Shown one piece after another: positions 1 to 10,849 of a stretch of DNA of 35,205 nt. The stretch covers positions 1 through 35,205 of the forward strand of contig JAWLEY010000001.1 in assembly GCA_041685855.1 (NCBI GenBank). The letters are read 5' to 3'. The DNA is from Perlabentimonas sp. GTDB taxonomy: Bacteria > Bacteroidota > Bacteroidia > Bacteroidales > Tenuifilaceae. Position 1 is the stretch's first letter, and every line of letters starts with the position of its first letter. Both the position numbers and the translations under genes were made by a program. A model generated the notes under the pieces. It made no database searches. It saw nothing but the letters and a program-made list of their open reading frames with translations, and was not told the origin of the DNA.

Positions 1-1
1 C

Positions 2-2872
2 CCATGTAACTCTGAGAAAGAGGCTGTTGTACATATTTACAGACAGCTGCGTAACTCCGAGCCACCAGATGAAGCTACAGCACGCGATGTAATTGATAAA
101 CTGTTCTTCTCTGATAAGCGATACGATCTTGGTGAAGTTGGTCGCTATCGTATAAACAAGAAGCTAAACCTTAATACCGAGATGGACGTTAAGGTGCTTA
201 CCAAGGAGGATATAATTGAGATAATAAAATATCTAATTGAGTTAATTAACTCAAAAGCTGATGTTGATGATATTGACCACCTGAGCAACCGTAGGGTACG
301 TACTGTTGGAGAACAGCTTGGCAACCAATTCGGTGTTGGTCTGGCTCGCATGGCCAGAACCATACGTGAGCGAATGAATGTTAGGGATAATGAGGTGTTT
401 ACACCAATTGACCTAATCAATGCCAAAACATTATCATCGGTTATAAACTCATTCTTTGGCACAAACCAGCTTTCTCAGTTTATGGATCAGACAAATCCGC
501 TGGCTGAGATGACTCATAAGAGAAGGTTATCTGCCTTAGGACCAGGAGGATTATCGCGCGAGCGCGCTGGTTTCGAGGTGCGTGACGTTCACTATACTCA
601 CTATGGTAGATTGTGCCCCATTGAAACACCTGAAGGCCCAAACATTGGTCTTATTTCTTCCTTATGTGTATTTGCACAGATTAATGATTTAGGCTTTATT
701 GAAACTCCTTACAGAAAGATTGAGCATGGAAAGGTAAACCTCACAAACGATGGGGTTGTATATCTTAGTGCCGAAGAGGAGGAGCATAAAATTATAGGGC
801 AGGCAAACGCCCCATTAAGTGATGATGGAGCTTTCATCAATCAGAAAGTTAAATCAAGGTTAGAGTCTGATTTCCCTCATGTTGAAAGAGAGAAGGTTGA
901 TATGATGGATGTGGCTCCAAACCAGATTGCATCTATCGCTGCATCTTTAATCCCATTCCTTGAGCACGACGATGCAAACCGTGCACTTATGGGATCTAAT
1001 ATGATGCGTCAGGCGGTACCGCTTGTGCAGCCAGAAGCACCAATAGTTGGAACAGGGCTTGAAGAGTCTGTTGTGCGCGATAGCCGTGTCCAAATTGTTG
1101 CCGAGCATGATGGCGTTATTCAGTACGTTGACTCTGACGAGATACTAGTTAAATACAATTATACAGAAGAGCAGAGCTTTGCAAGTTTCGATACTAATGT
1201 TAAGCGGTATAAGCTGCCCAAGTACAAAAAAACAAATCAGAACACAACAGTTACACTTCGTCCAATTGTAAGTACAAACCAAGAGGTGAAGAAGGGACAG
1301 ATTCTCACCGAGGGCTATGCAACTAAAAACGGTGAATTAGCATTGGGGCGTAACCTTAAGGTAGCATTTATGCCCTGGAAAGGATATAACTTTGAGGATG
1401 CGATTGTAGTTAGCGAAAGGCTTGTTCGGGAGGATGTTTTCACTTCCATTCATGTTGATGAATTTGTACTTGAGGTAAGAGATACTAAACGTGGAGTAGA
1501 AGAGCTTACTGCCGATATTCCAAATGTTAGTGAGGAGGCCACTAAAGATCTTGATGAAAGTGGAATGATTAGGATTGGTGCCAACGTTGTACCAGGCGAT
1601 ATCCTAATTGGTAAGATTACCCCTAAGGGTGAGTCTGACCCAACACCCGAGGAGAAACTTCTACGTGCAATATTTGGCGACAAAGCAGGTGATGTTAAGG
1701 ATGCTTCATTAAAAGCACCGCCTTCACTTTATGGTACCGTTATCGATAAGAAACTCTTTAAGAGAACCTCTAAGGATAACAGAAAAGGGAAAACTACTGA
1801 GAAAAGCCTAATAGCTAAGCTCGATGAGGAATTTTCAAACCATGTAAATGAGTTGAATGAAAAGCTTATTGACAAACTTTTCTTCATGGTAAATGGAAAA
1901 ACCTCCCAGGGTGTTACCGATTTGTTTGGGCAGGAGTTAATCCCTCGTGGAGTGAAGTTTACACAAAAAATGCTTAACGAGATTGATTACCTTAATGTTA
2001 ATCCAAATAAATGGACAACTGATAAGAAGAAGAACGAGATAATCAAGTCTGTTATTCATAATTATATTCTTAAGTACAAGGAGTTCGATGCCGAACATAA
2101 GCGTAAGAAGTTTAATGTAACCATTGGAGATGAAATGCCAGCAGGCATTATTCAACTTGCAAAAGTTTACATAGCCAAGAAGCGTAAGATTAAAGTAGGA
2201 GATAAGATGGCTGGTAGGCACGGTAACAAGGGTATTGTTGCTAGAATTGTTCGCGATGAGGACATGCCCTTCCTTGCCGATGGAACTCCCGTTGACATAG
2301 TACTTAACCCACTTGGAGTGCCCTCACGAATGAACCTTGGACAGATTTATGAAACAGTTCTCGGTTGGGCAGGTGAGAAATTAGGAATGACTTTCAGTAC
2401 TCCAATTTTTGATGGAGCAAAGTTAGATGAAATAACGGATCTAACGGATAAAGCAGGTCTTCCTCGTTACGGTAAAACAACACTGTACGATGGTGGAACA
2501 GGTGAGAAGTTTGACCAGCCAGCAACTGTGGGTATAATCTACATGCTTAAGTTGGGTCACATGATTGACGATAAGATGCATGCTCGTTCAATTGGACCTT
2601 ACTCGCTGATTACTCAGCAGCCACTGGGTGGTAAAGCACAATTTGGAGGCCAGCGTTTTGGTGAGATGGAGGTTTGGGCACTTGAAGCATTCGGCGCAGC
2701 TCATATCCTTCGTGAAATACTTACGCTTAAGTCCGATGATGTTGTTGGACGTGCGAAGGCTTACGAATCGATAGTGAAAGGTGAACTAATGCCTAAGGCT
2801 GGTATTCCTGAATCACTTAACGTGCTGCTACATGAACTTCGTGGGCTTGGATTAAGCGTTAGCCTCGACTAA
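2..2872 (+). CDS. rpoB: DNA-directed RNA polymerase subunit beta (5'-truncated by the window edge)
   Basis: Frame is open from nt 2 ([17 protein letters not shown]...[15 protein letters not shown]), so the ATG at 182 is internal. Motifs: [54 protein letters not shown]. Confidence 0.99.
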   Translation, partial: PCNSEKEAVVHIYRQLRNSEPPDEATARDVIDKLFFSDKRYDLGEVGRYRINKKLNLNTEMDVKVLTKEDIIEIIKYLIELINSKADVDDIDHLSNRRVRTVGEQLGNQFGVGLARMARTIRERMNVRDNEVFTPIDLINAKTLSSVINSFFGTNQLSQFMDQTNPLAEMTHKRRLSALGPGGLSRERAGFEVRDVHYTHYGRLCPIETPEGPNIGLISSLCVFAQINDLGFIETPYRKIEHGKVNLTNDGVVYLSAEEEEHKIIGQANAPLSDDGAFINQKVKSRLESDFPHVEREKVDMMDVAPNQIASIAASLIPFLEHDDANRALMGSNMMRQAVPLVQPEAPIVGTGLEESVVRDSRVQIVAEHDGVIQYVDSDEILVKYNYTEEQSFASFDTNVKRYKLPKYKKTNQNTTVTLRPIVSTNQEVKKGQILTEGYATKNGELALGRNLKVAFMPWKGYNFEDAIVVSERLVREDVFTSIHVDEFVLEVRDTKRGVEELTADIPNVSEEATKDLDESGMIRIGANVVPGDILIGKITPKGESDPTPEEKLLRAIFGDKAGDVKDASLKAPPSLYGTVIDKKLFKRTSKDNRKGKTTEKSLIAKLDEEFSNHVNELNEKLIDKLFFMVNGKTSQGVTDLFGQELIPRGVKFTQKMLNEIDYLNVNPNKWTTDKKKNEIIKSVIHNYILKYKEFDAEHKRKKFNVTIGDEMPAGIIQLAKVYIAKKRKIKVGDKMAGRHGNKGIVARIVRDEDMPFLADGTPVDIVLNPLGVPSRMNLGQIYETVLGWAGEKLGMTFSTPIFDGAKLDEITDLTDKAGLPRYGKTTLYDGGTGEKFDQPATVGIIYMLKLGHMIDDKMHARSIGPYSLITQQPLGGKAQFGGQRFGEMEVWALEAFGAAHILREILTLKSDDVVGRAKAYESIVKGELMPKAGIPESLNVLLHELRGLGLSVSLD

Positions 2873-2943
2873 TATTAATGCCATTTTTAAATGGCTAAGT
2901 GTTGTTTTTTTGATGCAAGACTTAACTAACTAACAATCATAAT

Positions 2944-5900
2944 ATGTCGTTCAGAAGGGAAAATAAGGTTAAAAGCGACTTCACTAAAATAACAATCAGT
3001 TTAGCTTCTCCTGAGGAGGTGCTTGAGCGTTCAAGTGGTGAGGTGCTAAAGCCTGAAACCATAAATTATAGAACTTACAAGCCTGAGCGTGATGGTTTGT
3101 TCTGCGAAAGGATATTTGGACCTGTTAAGGATTACGAATGTCATTGTGGAAAATATAAGCGAATCCGTTATAAAGGCATTGTTTGCGATAGGTGTGGTGT
3201 TGAGGTAACAGAAAAGAAGGTAAGGCGTGAGCGCATGGGGCACATAAATCTTGTGGTTCCCGTTGCACATATCTGGTACTTCCGTTCACTACCTAATAAA
3301 ATTGGTTACCTTTTAGGTTTACCAACTAAGAAGCTAGATGCAATTATTTACTACGAGCGTTACGTAGTTATAAATCCAGGTACCGTTGAGAATGTGAAGT
3401 ATATGGATTTCCTCACTGAGGAAGAATATCTTGATATTCTTGAAACGCTACCAAAGGATAACCAGCATCTTGATGATGATGACCCAAACAAGTTTATAGC
3501 AGGAATGGGTGCAGAAGCTATTCATATGCTTCTATCTCGTTTAGAACTTGATGAGCTGAGTTTTACGCTAAGGCATAAAGCTAATACGGAAACCTCACAG
3601 CAACGTAAGAATGAAGCTTTAAAAAGGCTTCAGGTTGTTGAGGCCTTCAGAGAATCTACCGAGATTAACAAGCCAGAGTGGATGATACAGAGAGTTATCC
3701 CTGTTACTCCACCTGAATTGCGCCCGCTAGTACCTCTTGACGGTGGTAGGTTTGCTACATCTGACCTAAACGACCTTTATAGAAGAGTTATAATCAGGAA
3801 TAATCGTCTTAAACGATTAATCGAGATTAAAGCTCCTGAGGTTATCCTACGTAACGAGAAGCGTATGCTTCAGGAGTCGGTTGACTCATTGTTTGACAAC
3901 TCGCGTAAGAGTAATGCCGTTAAAACCGATGCCAATAGACCATTAAAATCTTTAAGCGATAGCCTTAAAGGTAAGCAAGGTAGATTCCGTCAGAACCTAC
4001 TTGGTAAACGTGTTGACTATTCTGCTCGTTCGGTAATTGTTGTTGGACCAGAACTCAAAATGCATGAGTGTGGTATTCCAAAAGACATGGCAGCGGAACT
4101 TTATAAGCCATTTATCATAAGGAAACTTATTGAAAGGGGTATTGTTAAAACCGTAAAGTCTGCTAAAAAAATAGTTGACCGTAAGGACCCTGTAATCTGG
4201 GATATTCTAGAGAATGTACTTAAGGGGCATCCTGTGTTACTTAACCGTGCTCCAACTCTTCACAGGCTTGGTATTCAATCGTTTCAGCCAAGGCTTATTG
4301 AGGGTAAGGCCATTCAACTTCATCCATTGTCGTGTACAGCATTTAACGCCGACTTTGACGGTGACCAGATGGCGGTCCACCTTCCATTAGGAAATGAAGC
4401 AATACTTGAAGCGCAAATACTTATGCTTGGTTCACATAATATTTTGAACCCAGCAAATGGTGCACCTATTACTGTTCCTTCTCAGGATATGGTTCTAGGA
4501 TTATACTATATCACTAAAGCCAGACCCGAAGCCAAAGGCGAAGGGTTACGTTTTTACTCTGCCGAAGAAGCAATTATTGCTTACAATGAGGGTGTAGCCG
4601 ATTTACATGCTAAAATCCAAGTAAGGCTTCAGATTGAGAATGAAGACGGAACCGTTAAAAGCAAAATGCTTGAAACAACCGTGGGTAGAGTAATATTTAA
4701 TCAGCATGTACCTAAAGAGGTTGGGTACATTAACGACCTGCTTACTAAAAAATCCTTAAGGGACGTTATTGGTAAGGTTCTGAAGAGAGTTGGAATTGCA
4801 AGAACCTCACAGTTCCTTGACGATATCAAGGATATGGGGTACACATTCGCCTTTAAAGGTGGCTTGTCTTTCAACCTTGACGATGTGATGATTCCTGACG
4901 AGAAAGAAATCTATGTTAATGATGGATACGAGCAGGTTGATGAGGTGTTAGCCAACTACAACATGGGTCTTATTACCAATAATGAGCGTTATAACGCAAT
5001 TATTGATATTTGGACACATACCAATGCCAAACTTACCCTTACCCTGATGAAAAAATTATCGGAAGATAATAAAGGGTTTAACTCAGTTTACATGATGCTA
5101 GACTCTGGTGCGAGGGGTTCAAAAGAGCAGATTCGTCAGCTTTGCGGTATGCGTGGTCTTATGGCAAAACCACAGAAATCTGGCGCGGCAGGTAGCGAGA
5201 TTATTGAAAACCCAATTCTTGCAAACTTTAAGGAAGGTTTGTCAGTTCTTGAGTACTTTATATCAACTCACGGTGCACGTAAAGGTTTGGCCGATACGGC
5301 CCTTAAAACAGCCGATGCTGGTTATCTAACACGTAGATTGGTTGATGTATCGCAGGATGTTATTATTAACGAGGAGGATTGTGGTACGCTTCGTGGTCTT
5401 GTTGCTACAGCAATTAAGAAGAACGAGGAGGTTGTTGAGACCCTATACGAGAGAATACTTGGTAGAACAACTGTTCACGATGTATATCATCCATTAACAG
5501 GAGAACTGATTATTGCTTCAGGTGAGGAGTTGACAGAGGAGATAAGCGAGATTATAGCCGAATCGCCAATAGAGCAAGTAGAGATTAGGTCCGTACTAAC
5601 CTGTGAATCGAAAAAAGGCGTTTGTGGAAAATGTTACGGACGTAGCCTGGCAACAGGAAGAATGGTTCAGAAAGGCGAATCGGTTGGCGTAATTGCTGCT
5701 CAATCAATTGGAGAGCCCGGTACGCAGTTAACACTTCGTACTTTCCACGTTGGTGGTACAGCATCAAACATTATTGCCGAGTCCAAAATTGAATCGAAGT
5801 ACGATGGCAAGGCAGAAATAGAGGAACTTAAGAGCATTGAGAAGGTTGATGAGTTAGGACAGAAGCACGGTGTTGTTATTGGCCGTTTAGCGGAAATGCG

Positions 5901-7218
5901 TATTCTTGATAAGAATACAGGTATTACGCTTTCAACTCATAGTATTCCTTATGGCTCTAAACTGTTTGTTAAAGATGGCGAGGATGTAACAAAAGGACAA
6001 CTCCTTTGCGATTGGGACCCATGGAATGCGGTAATTGTATCGGAATCTAAAGGTAAAATTGCTTTTGAGTCGGTTATAAAAGACGTAACATACAGAGAAG
6101 AGTCCGACGAGCAAACAGGATATAAAGAGAAAGTTATTGTTGAAACAAAGGACCGTACAAAGAACCCTGCCATTAAGATTATGAAGGGTAAGGATATTCT
6201 TAAATCGTACAACCTACCTGTTTCTTCTCATATTGTAATAGAGGAGGGTGCTGAGGTTGAAGCTGGAGATATTCTGGTTAAGATTCCACGTGCGGTAGGT
6301 AAATCTGGTGATATCACCGGTGGTCTACCAAGGGTAACTGAACTCTTTGAAGCACGTAATCCTTCAAACCCAGCAGTAGTATCAGAAATTGACGGAGAAG
6401 TATCGTTTGGAAAGGTTAAGCGAGGTAATCGTGAGGTTATGATTACATCTAAGCTTGGTGAGGTTAAGAAGTACCTTGTGCCTCTTTCAAAACAAATACT
6501 TGTTCAGGAGAACGATTATGTGAGGGCTGGTACATCATTGTCAGACGGTGCTATAACTCCTTCTGATATCCTTGCAATTAAAGGACCTACTAAGGTGCAG
6601 GAATATATTGTGAATGAGGTTCAGGAGGTATATAGGATGCAGGGTGTGAAGATTAACGATAAGCACTTTGAGATTATCGTTCGTCAGATGATGCGTAAGG
6701 TAGATATTGATGACCCAGGAGATACCAGGTTCCTTGAGAAGCAGATTGTTGACAAATGGGCTTTCATGGAGGAGAACGACTGGATTTATGGTAAGAAAGT
6801 GGTTGTTGATAGTGGGGACGCAGGAAGCGTGCGCCCAGGTCAAATTATTACTGCAAGAAAATTGCGTGACGAGAACTCTGTTCTTAAGCGCAAGGACCTC
6901 AAGATTATTGAAGCCAGGGATGCTGTTCCAGCAACATCAAACCAGGTATTGCAGGGCATTACACGTGCCGCATTGCAAACCAGCAGCTTCATGTCAGCAG
7001 CTTCATTCCAGGAGACAACCAAAGTGCTTAACGAAGCAGCAATCCATGGAAAGGTTGATAATCTGCAAGGGCTTAAGGAGAACGTAATTTGCGGACACCT
7101 TATCCCTGCCGGAACAGGATTGAGAGAGTTCGAGAACTTAGTGGTTTACTCCAAGGAGGATAGGGAACTAATAGCGCAAGCTGAAAAATCTACCGAATCG
7201 GCAGTACCGGAAAACTAA
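2944..7218 (+). CDS. rpoC: DNA-directed RNA polymerase subunit beta'
   Basis: Catalytic [10 protein letters not shown]-terminal Zn finger (CHCGKYK...CDRCGV), trigger loop TLRTFHVGG...DITGGLPRV with a large insertion; directly follows rpoB. Confidence 0.99.
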   Translation: MSFRRENKVKSDFTKITISLASPEEVLERSSGEVLKPETINYRTYKPERDGLFCERIFGPVKDYECHCGKYKRIRYKGIVCDRCGVEVTEKKVRRERMGHINLVVPVAHIWYFRSLPNKIGYLLGLPTKKLDAIIYYERYVVINPGTVENVKYMDFLTEEEYLDILETLPKDNQHLDDDDPNKFIAGMGAEAIHMLLSRLELDELSFTLRHKANTETSQQRKNEALKRLQVVEAFRESTEINKPEWMIQRVIPVTPPELRPLVPLDGGRFATSDLNDLYRRVIIRNNRLKRLIEIKAPEVILRNEKRMLQESVDSLFDNSRKSNAVKTDANRPLKSLSDSLKGKQGRFRQNLLGKRVDYSARSVIVVGPELKMHECGIPKDMAAELYKPFIIRKLIERGIVKTVKSAKKIVDRKDPVIWDILENVLKGHPVLLNRAPTLHRLGIQSFQPRLIEGKAIQLHPLSCTAFNADFDGDQMAVHLPLGNEAILEAQILMLGSHNILNPANGAPITVPSQDMVLGLYYITKARPEAKGEGLRFYSAEEAIIAYNEGVADLHAKIQVRLQIENEDGTVKSKMLETTVGRVIFNQHVPKEVGYINDLLTKKSLRDVIGKVLKRVGIARTSQFLDDIKDMGYTFAFKGGLSFNLDDVMIPDEKEIYVNDGYEQVDEVLANYNMGLITNNERYNAIIDIWTHTNAKLTLTLMKKLSEDNKGFNSVYMMLDSGARGSKEQIRQLCGMRGLMAKPQKSGAAGSEIIENPILANFKEGLSVLEYFISTHGARKGLADTALKTADAGYLTRRLVDVSQDVIINEEDCGTLRGLVATAIKKNEEVVETLYERILGRTTVHDVYHPLTGELIIASGEELTEEISEIIAESPIEQVEIRSVLTCESKKGVCGKCYGRSLATGRMVQKGESVGVIAAQSIGEPGTQLTLRTFHVGGTASNIIAESKIESKYDGKAEIEELKSIEKVDELGQKHGVVIGRLAEMRILDKNTGITLSTHSIPYGSKLFVKDGEDVTKGQLLCDWDPWNAVIVSESKGKIAFESVIKDVTYREESDEQTGYKEKVIVETKDRTKNPAIKIMKGKDILKSYNLPVSSHIVIEEGAEVEAGDILVKIPRAVGKSGDITGGLPRVTELFEARNPSNPAVVSEIDGEVSFGKVKRGNREVMITSKLGEVKKYLVPLSKQILVQENDYVRAGTSLSDGAITPSDILAIKGPTKVQEYIVNEVQEVYRMQGVKINDKHFEIIVRQMMRKVDIDDPGDTRFLEKQIVDKWAFMEENDWIYGKKVVVDSGDAGSVRPGQIITARKLRDENSVLKRKDLKIIEARDAVPATSNQVLQGITRAALQTSSFMSAASFQETTKVLNEAAIHGKVDNLQGLKENVICGHLIPAGTGLREFENLVVYSKEDRELIAQAEKSTESAVPEN

Positions 7219-7236
7219 GATAAACTGATATAAAAT

Positions 7237-7270
7237 GCAAAAGCGAGGGTAGTAACTCTCGCTTTTGTGT
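7237..7270 (+). terminator. Intrinsic terminator after rpoC
   Basis: GCAAAAGCGAGGGT-AGTA-ACTCTCGCTTTTGT stem-loop with a T-rich 3' end, 18 nt after the rpoC stop. Confidence 0.8.
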
Positions 7271-7304
7271 ATCTTTATACCGGAACTTAAAAAATCTACA
7301 TACT

Positions 7305-7619
7305 ATGTCAGAAAAAAAGAAACCATTAAACATTGAGTTGAGCGACGAAGTTGCTCAGGGTATCTATGCCAACTTAGCCATTATCACACATTCGAGTTCG
7401 GAGTTTATATTAGACTTTGTGCGTGTTATGCCTGGTTTGCCAAAGGCAAAGGTAAAGTCAAGAGTAGTTTTAACTCCTGACCACGCCAAGCGCCTTTTAA
7501 TGGCTCTTAAGGATAATATTGAGAAGTTTGAAAGCAATCATGGTCCTATTAAGGCCAAAGAAACAAATTCTGGCACACCACCCTTCCCCATGAATTTTGG
7601 TGGAGGAGGACAAGCGTAG
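7305..7619 (+). CDS. DUF3467 domain protein
   Basis: LNIELSDEVAQGIYANLAIITHSSSEFILDFVRVMPGLPKAKVKSRVVLTPDHAKRLL matches the family usually found just downstream of rpoC in Bacteroidota. Confidence 0.9.
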   Translation: MSEKKKPLNIELSDEVAQGIYANLAIITHSSSEFILDFVRVMPGLPKAKVKSRVVLTPDHAKRLLMALKDNIEKFESNHGPIKAKETNSGTPPFPMNFGGGGQA

Positions 7620-7680
7620 CTTGTTGGTTGTATTAACTTTTTGAATTTTAAAAAGTAAGATAGCATATCTTTACTATCTT

Positions 7681-7728
7681 ATGCAATATGGTCAGTCTAC
7701 CTTTGGTAGTATGGCCATATTGTGTTTT
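7681..7728. terminator. Long hairpin between convergent DUF3467 and truA; probable terminator
   Basis: ATGCAATATGGTCA-GT-CTACC-TTT-GGTAG-TA-TGGCCATATTGTGT pairs over ~19 bp with G-U pairs and a 2x2 internal loop; followed by TTTT on the + strand. Confidence 0.6.
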
Positions 7729-7735
7729 AGGGTAT

Positions 7736-8548
7736 TTAAAACTTTATTTCCACCCATGAGCTATCCATTAATCGGGTAACAAAGGATGAATTTCTATTTT
7801 CAACACCAAACCTTTTTGTACCGTATTGTACATTTGTTAAATGTAGCCCCTGTGGGTAGGCCGATTTTGCATTTTTAGAAGGCTGCCTTTTTGAGAGTAA
7901 GTTTGAAAAATCGTTAATACTTAATTGACCAGAACCAACATCTATAAGACCCTGCATAAGTAACCTAACCATACCTTGTAAAAATCTGTTTGCTGTAAAT
8001 TGAAACCGTAGCACCTCTCCATTCAGCGCGCTAAAGCAATCTACTGAATCCATTTTACACTCTGTACTTTTATGACGACCTGGGCAGCGACAGAAGCTTA
8101 TAAAATCATTTTCTTGGGTGATAAGTAAAGCAGCTTCATGCATTCTTTCAACATTAAAATTTAGTGAATACAGAGAACTTATTTCGCTTAGATAAGGGTT
8201 TTTACTATTATGTATTAGGTAGTTGTAAGTTCTGGATGTGGCGCTATGTTGCGCATGGAAATTATTGCTAACCTGATAAACATTGAAAACTGCAATGCTA
8301 TCAGGTAGCATCTTGTTAAGCCTGAATTTTAGGTCGAAATCAAGCGGCTTTTTAGTATCAAAATGAAAAAAGAACTGGCTTGCGTGAACCTTTGCATCCG
8401 TTCTGCCACAGCCTATGCATGGGGTGTGCATGCCAAGAAGAGCCAATAAGTTACGCTCAATTACCTCCTGAATGGTTAAAACATTGGGTTGTCGTTGCCA
8501 TCCATGAAAATTGTACCCATTGTACCCAATTTCAACAAGATATCTCAA
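7736..8548 (-). CDS. truA: tRNA pseudouridine(38-40) synthase, TruA family
   Basis: YNGYNFHGWQRQP, GCGRTDAKVHA with the catalytic Asp, FTANRFLQGMVR, AYPQGLHL. TTG start. Confidence 0.92.
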   Translation of the reverse strand: MRYLVEIGYNGYNFHGWQRQPNVLTIQEVIERNLLALLGMHTPCIGCGRTDAKVHASQFFFHFDTKKPLDFDLKFRLNKMLPDSIAVFNVYQVSNNFHAQHSATSRTYNYLIHNSKNPYLSEISSLYSLNFNVERMHEAALLITQENDFISFCRCPGRHKSTECKMDSVDCFSALNGEVLRFQFTANRFLQGMVRLLMQGLIDVGSGQLSINDFSNLLSKRQPSKNAKSAYPQGLHLTNVQYGTKRFGVENRNSSFVTRLMDSSWVEIKF

Positions 8549-8571
8549 TGTGTTTTTTTAAATATTTGCAT

Positions 8572-8579
8572 CAAAACTA
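8572..8579 (-). promoter_or_regulatory. Bacteroidota sigma-A -7 box (TAGTTTTG) for truA
   Basis: Exact TAnnTTTG match on the minus strand, 23 nt before the truA start. Confidence 0.5.
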
Positions 8580-8732
8580 ACATATATTCTTTAAGAATAC
8601 TCTCTATTTACTTTTAAAAGTGGCTTGTGTTAAGCCTCTTTATATTAGCACTGTAGATATTAATTAACCAACATTAGCTTTAATGTTAGCAGAATAGTAG
8701 TAATTTATTAAACTATCGTCCAATAGATTGGT

Positions 8733-8740
8733 TACCTTTG
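8733..8740 (+). promoter_or_regulatory. Bacteroidota sigma-A -7 box (TACCTTTG) for the FabX-like gene
   Basis: Exact TAnnTTTG match 58 nt upstream of the ATG at 8799, followed by an AT-rich leader. Confidence 0.6.
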
Positions 8741-8798
8741 TATGCAACTTTAACGAGTTCATTTATACTATATTTTAATTATTAGAAACAAATTATTC

Positions 8799-9869
8799 AT
8801 GATGAATCCCCTAAAAATCGGGAACTTTGCTATTCCAGTACCAATTATACAAGGTGGTATGGGAGTAGGAATTTCACTATCTGGAATGGCTTCGGCAGTT
8901 GCTAACGAGGGTGGTGTAGGCGTTATTTCGAGCGCCGGACTTGGCTTACTATACAAAAACTTAGCTGCAGATTATCTTCAGGCTAGTATCGAGGGCCTAA
9001 AATACGAACTTAGAAAAGCCAGGGAGAAATCTCTGGGCGTGATAGGTGTAAACGTAATGGTCGCCATGTCTAACTTTGCCGATATGGTAAAAACGTCCAT
9101 TGCAGAGAAAGCAGATATTATTTTTAGTGGAGCAGGGCTGCCTTTAGATTTACCTAGCTTCCTTAAACCTGACAGCAAAACCTTGCTTGTTCCCATTGTC
9201 TCATCAGCAAGAGCAGCCAAAATTATTTGCGAAAAGTGGAAAAAGAATTATGATTATCTTCCTGCCGCTATTGTTGTTGAAGGGCCTAAAGCTGGCGGAC
9301 ATCTTGGGTTTAAGGCTAATCAGTTGGAAGATGAAGCCTACTCATTAGAGCATTTAATCCCCCAGATAGTATCAACAGTTAAGGAGTACGAGACAGAGTA
9401 TAATGTTAAGATACCCGTAATTGCTGGTGGTGGTGTATATACAGGTCAGAATATTAAAGATATTTTAAATCTTGGTGCATCTGGAGTTCAATTAGGAACC
9501 CGATTTGTTACCACAACAGAGTGTGATGCCTCAGATGCCTTTAAACAAACCTACATTAATGCAAAAGCAGAGGATATTAGAATAATTAACAGCCCTGTTG
9601 GTATGCCAGGAAGAGCTATTGGGAATAGTTTTCTTGATAAGGTTAAACTTGGCTATAAACATCCCATACGATGCCCGTTTAAGTGTATTAGAACATGCGA
9701 TGTTAGTTCAAGCCCTTACTGTATAATCAATGCTTTGTTTAGCGCATTTAAGGGTAAGTTTAAGAATGGTTATGCCTTTGCGGGAACAAACGCGTACATT
9801 GCTGATAAAATAATATCTGTTAAGGAAACCTTTAGCAATATTTTAAGCGAGTATAAAGAAAGTAAGTAG
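8799..9869 (+). CDS. Nitronate monooxygenase/FabK-fold FMN oxidoreductase, FabX/UfaA-like, with a [4Fe-4S]-type Cys motif
   Basis: PIIQGGMGVGIS, SGAGLP, VEGPKAGGHLGF (catalytic His), GASGVQLGTRF, SPVGMPGRAI and CPFKCIRTC-x7-C. Confidence 0.85.
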   Translation: MMNPLKIGNFAIPVPIIQGGMGVGISLSGMASAVANEGGVGVISSAGLGLLYKNLAADYLQASIEGLKYELRKAREKSLGVIGVNVMVAMSNFADMVKTSIAEKADIIFSGAGLPLDLPSFLKPDSKTLLVPIVSSARAAKIICEKWKKNYDYLPAAIVVEGPKAGGHLGFKANQLEDEAYSLEHLIPQIVSTVKEYETEYNVKIPVIAGGGVYTGQNIKDILNLGASGVQLGTRFVTTTECDASDAFKQTYINAKAEDIRIINSPVGMPGRAIGNSFLDKVKLGYKHPIRCPFKCIRTCDVSSSPYCIINALFSAFKGKFKNGYAFAGTNAYIADKIISVKETFSNILSEYKESK

Positions 9870-9950
9870 CAAGTTTTATTGGAAGATTAAGCTAAAGCTG
9901 GAATATAGTATCAAATGATATTACTATTTCAGCTTTACTAATTCTATTAC

Positions 9951-10835
9951 ATGTTAAACAGACTACGTACATCCCAATATTTACCATATATAGCCTTAAT
10001 ATTTGGAATTCTTTGTATTGGCCATTCAGCCATTTTTGTTACTCTGGCAAATGTTCCGGGGTCAACATCATCATTTTATAGAATATTCTTTGCAACAGTA
10101 GCCATTCTACCAATTTGGTTTTATAAAGGCATGAGAGTGCCGTCAAGGAGAGACCTGGCATTGATTCTATTTGGTGGAGCTTTTTTTGCCTTCGATTTCG
10201 TATTGTGGAACACAGCCATTTTGCTAACTACTGCAGCTACCGCTACTTTGCTCGCTAATAATGCTCCTATCTGGGTAGGTCTTATCTCGCTTGTTGTATT
10301 TAAAGAAAAGTTACCAAAAAAATTTTGGTTAGGTTTAGTTGTTGCGTTGGTTGGTATAAACGTTTTAATTGGCATTGAAGCGTGGCGTAGTATGGATTTT
10401 GCCAAGGGTGATTTGATGGCGCTGGCAGCTGGATTTTTATATGCACTCTACTTAATTTTTACCATTGACTCAAGGAAAAGGGTTGATACCATAACCTTCA
10501 TGACGTTCTCTTTGATTTTTATGACCGTAATGCTTTTCTTTACAAACCTTGCAATGGGAAACCCCTTTGTTGGTTTCTCAAATAAAACATGGTTATCGTT
10601 AGCAGGTGTGGGGTTAATATCGCATTTTGGAGGCTGGGTGTGTATTAATTTTGCTTTGGGGCATTTAAAAGGGGCGAACGTTTCCGTAACACTACTTTCA
10701 CAGTCGGTTATTACAGCAATTTTGGGGCTTATTATTTTAAATCAGAAGTTGGAAACAAATCAGATTATTGGTGGGCTTATTGTGTTAAGTGGAATTTACA
10801 TAGTTAACAGGCGGAGGACTAGGATTGTAAAGTAG
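9951..10835 (+). CDS. DMT superfamily (EamA) inner-membrane transporter
   Basis: 294 aa with ~10 hydrophobic segments in two repeats; FYR motif, LVVFKEKL, GDLMALAAGFLYALY, QIIGGLIVLSGI. Confidence 0.9.
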   Translation: MLNRLRTSQYLPYIALIFGILCIGHSAIFVTLANVPGSTSSFYRIFFATVAILPIWFYKGMRVPSRRDLALILFGGAFFAFDFVLWNTAILLTTAATATLLANNAPIWVGLISLVVFKEKLPKKFWLGLVVALVGINVLIGIEAWRSMDFAKGDLMALAAGFLYALYLIFTIDSRKRVDTITFMTFSLIFMTVMLFFTNLAMGNPFVGFSNKTWLSLAGVGLISHFGGWVCINFALGHLKGANVSVTLLSQSVITAILGLIILNQKLETNQIIGGLIVLSGIYIVNRRRTRIVK

Positions 10836-10849
10836 ATGCAATTTTTAAA

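Noticed and set aside
440-660. rpoB rifampicin-resistance-determining region
   Set aside because: The key Asp, His and Ser (E. coli 516/526/531 equivalents) are wild type.
2880-2911. GCCATTT/AAATGGC hairpin and T-run between rpoB and rpoC
   Set aside because: The stem is short and weak and is separated from the T-run; rpoB and rpoC are normally co-transcribed.
5760-6310. Large insertion in the RpoC trigger loop
   Set aside because: Known lineage-specific SI3-type insertion; no intein motifs.
145-7087. Short antisense and out-of-frame ORFs within rpoB/rpoC
   Set aside because: They are shadows of highly conserved coding frames, with no recognisable motifs.
7305-7619. DUF3467 next to rpoC as a novel system
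   Set aside because: This is a common, already annotated arrangement in Bacteroidota.
7698-7705. TACCTTTG box that could drive antisense transcription of truA
   Set aside because: It lies in the tip of a hairpin and has no matching -33 element; likely coincidental.
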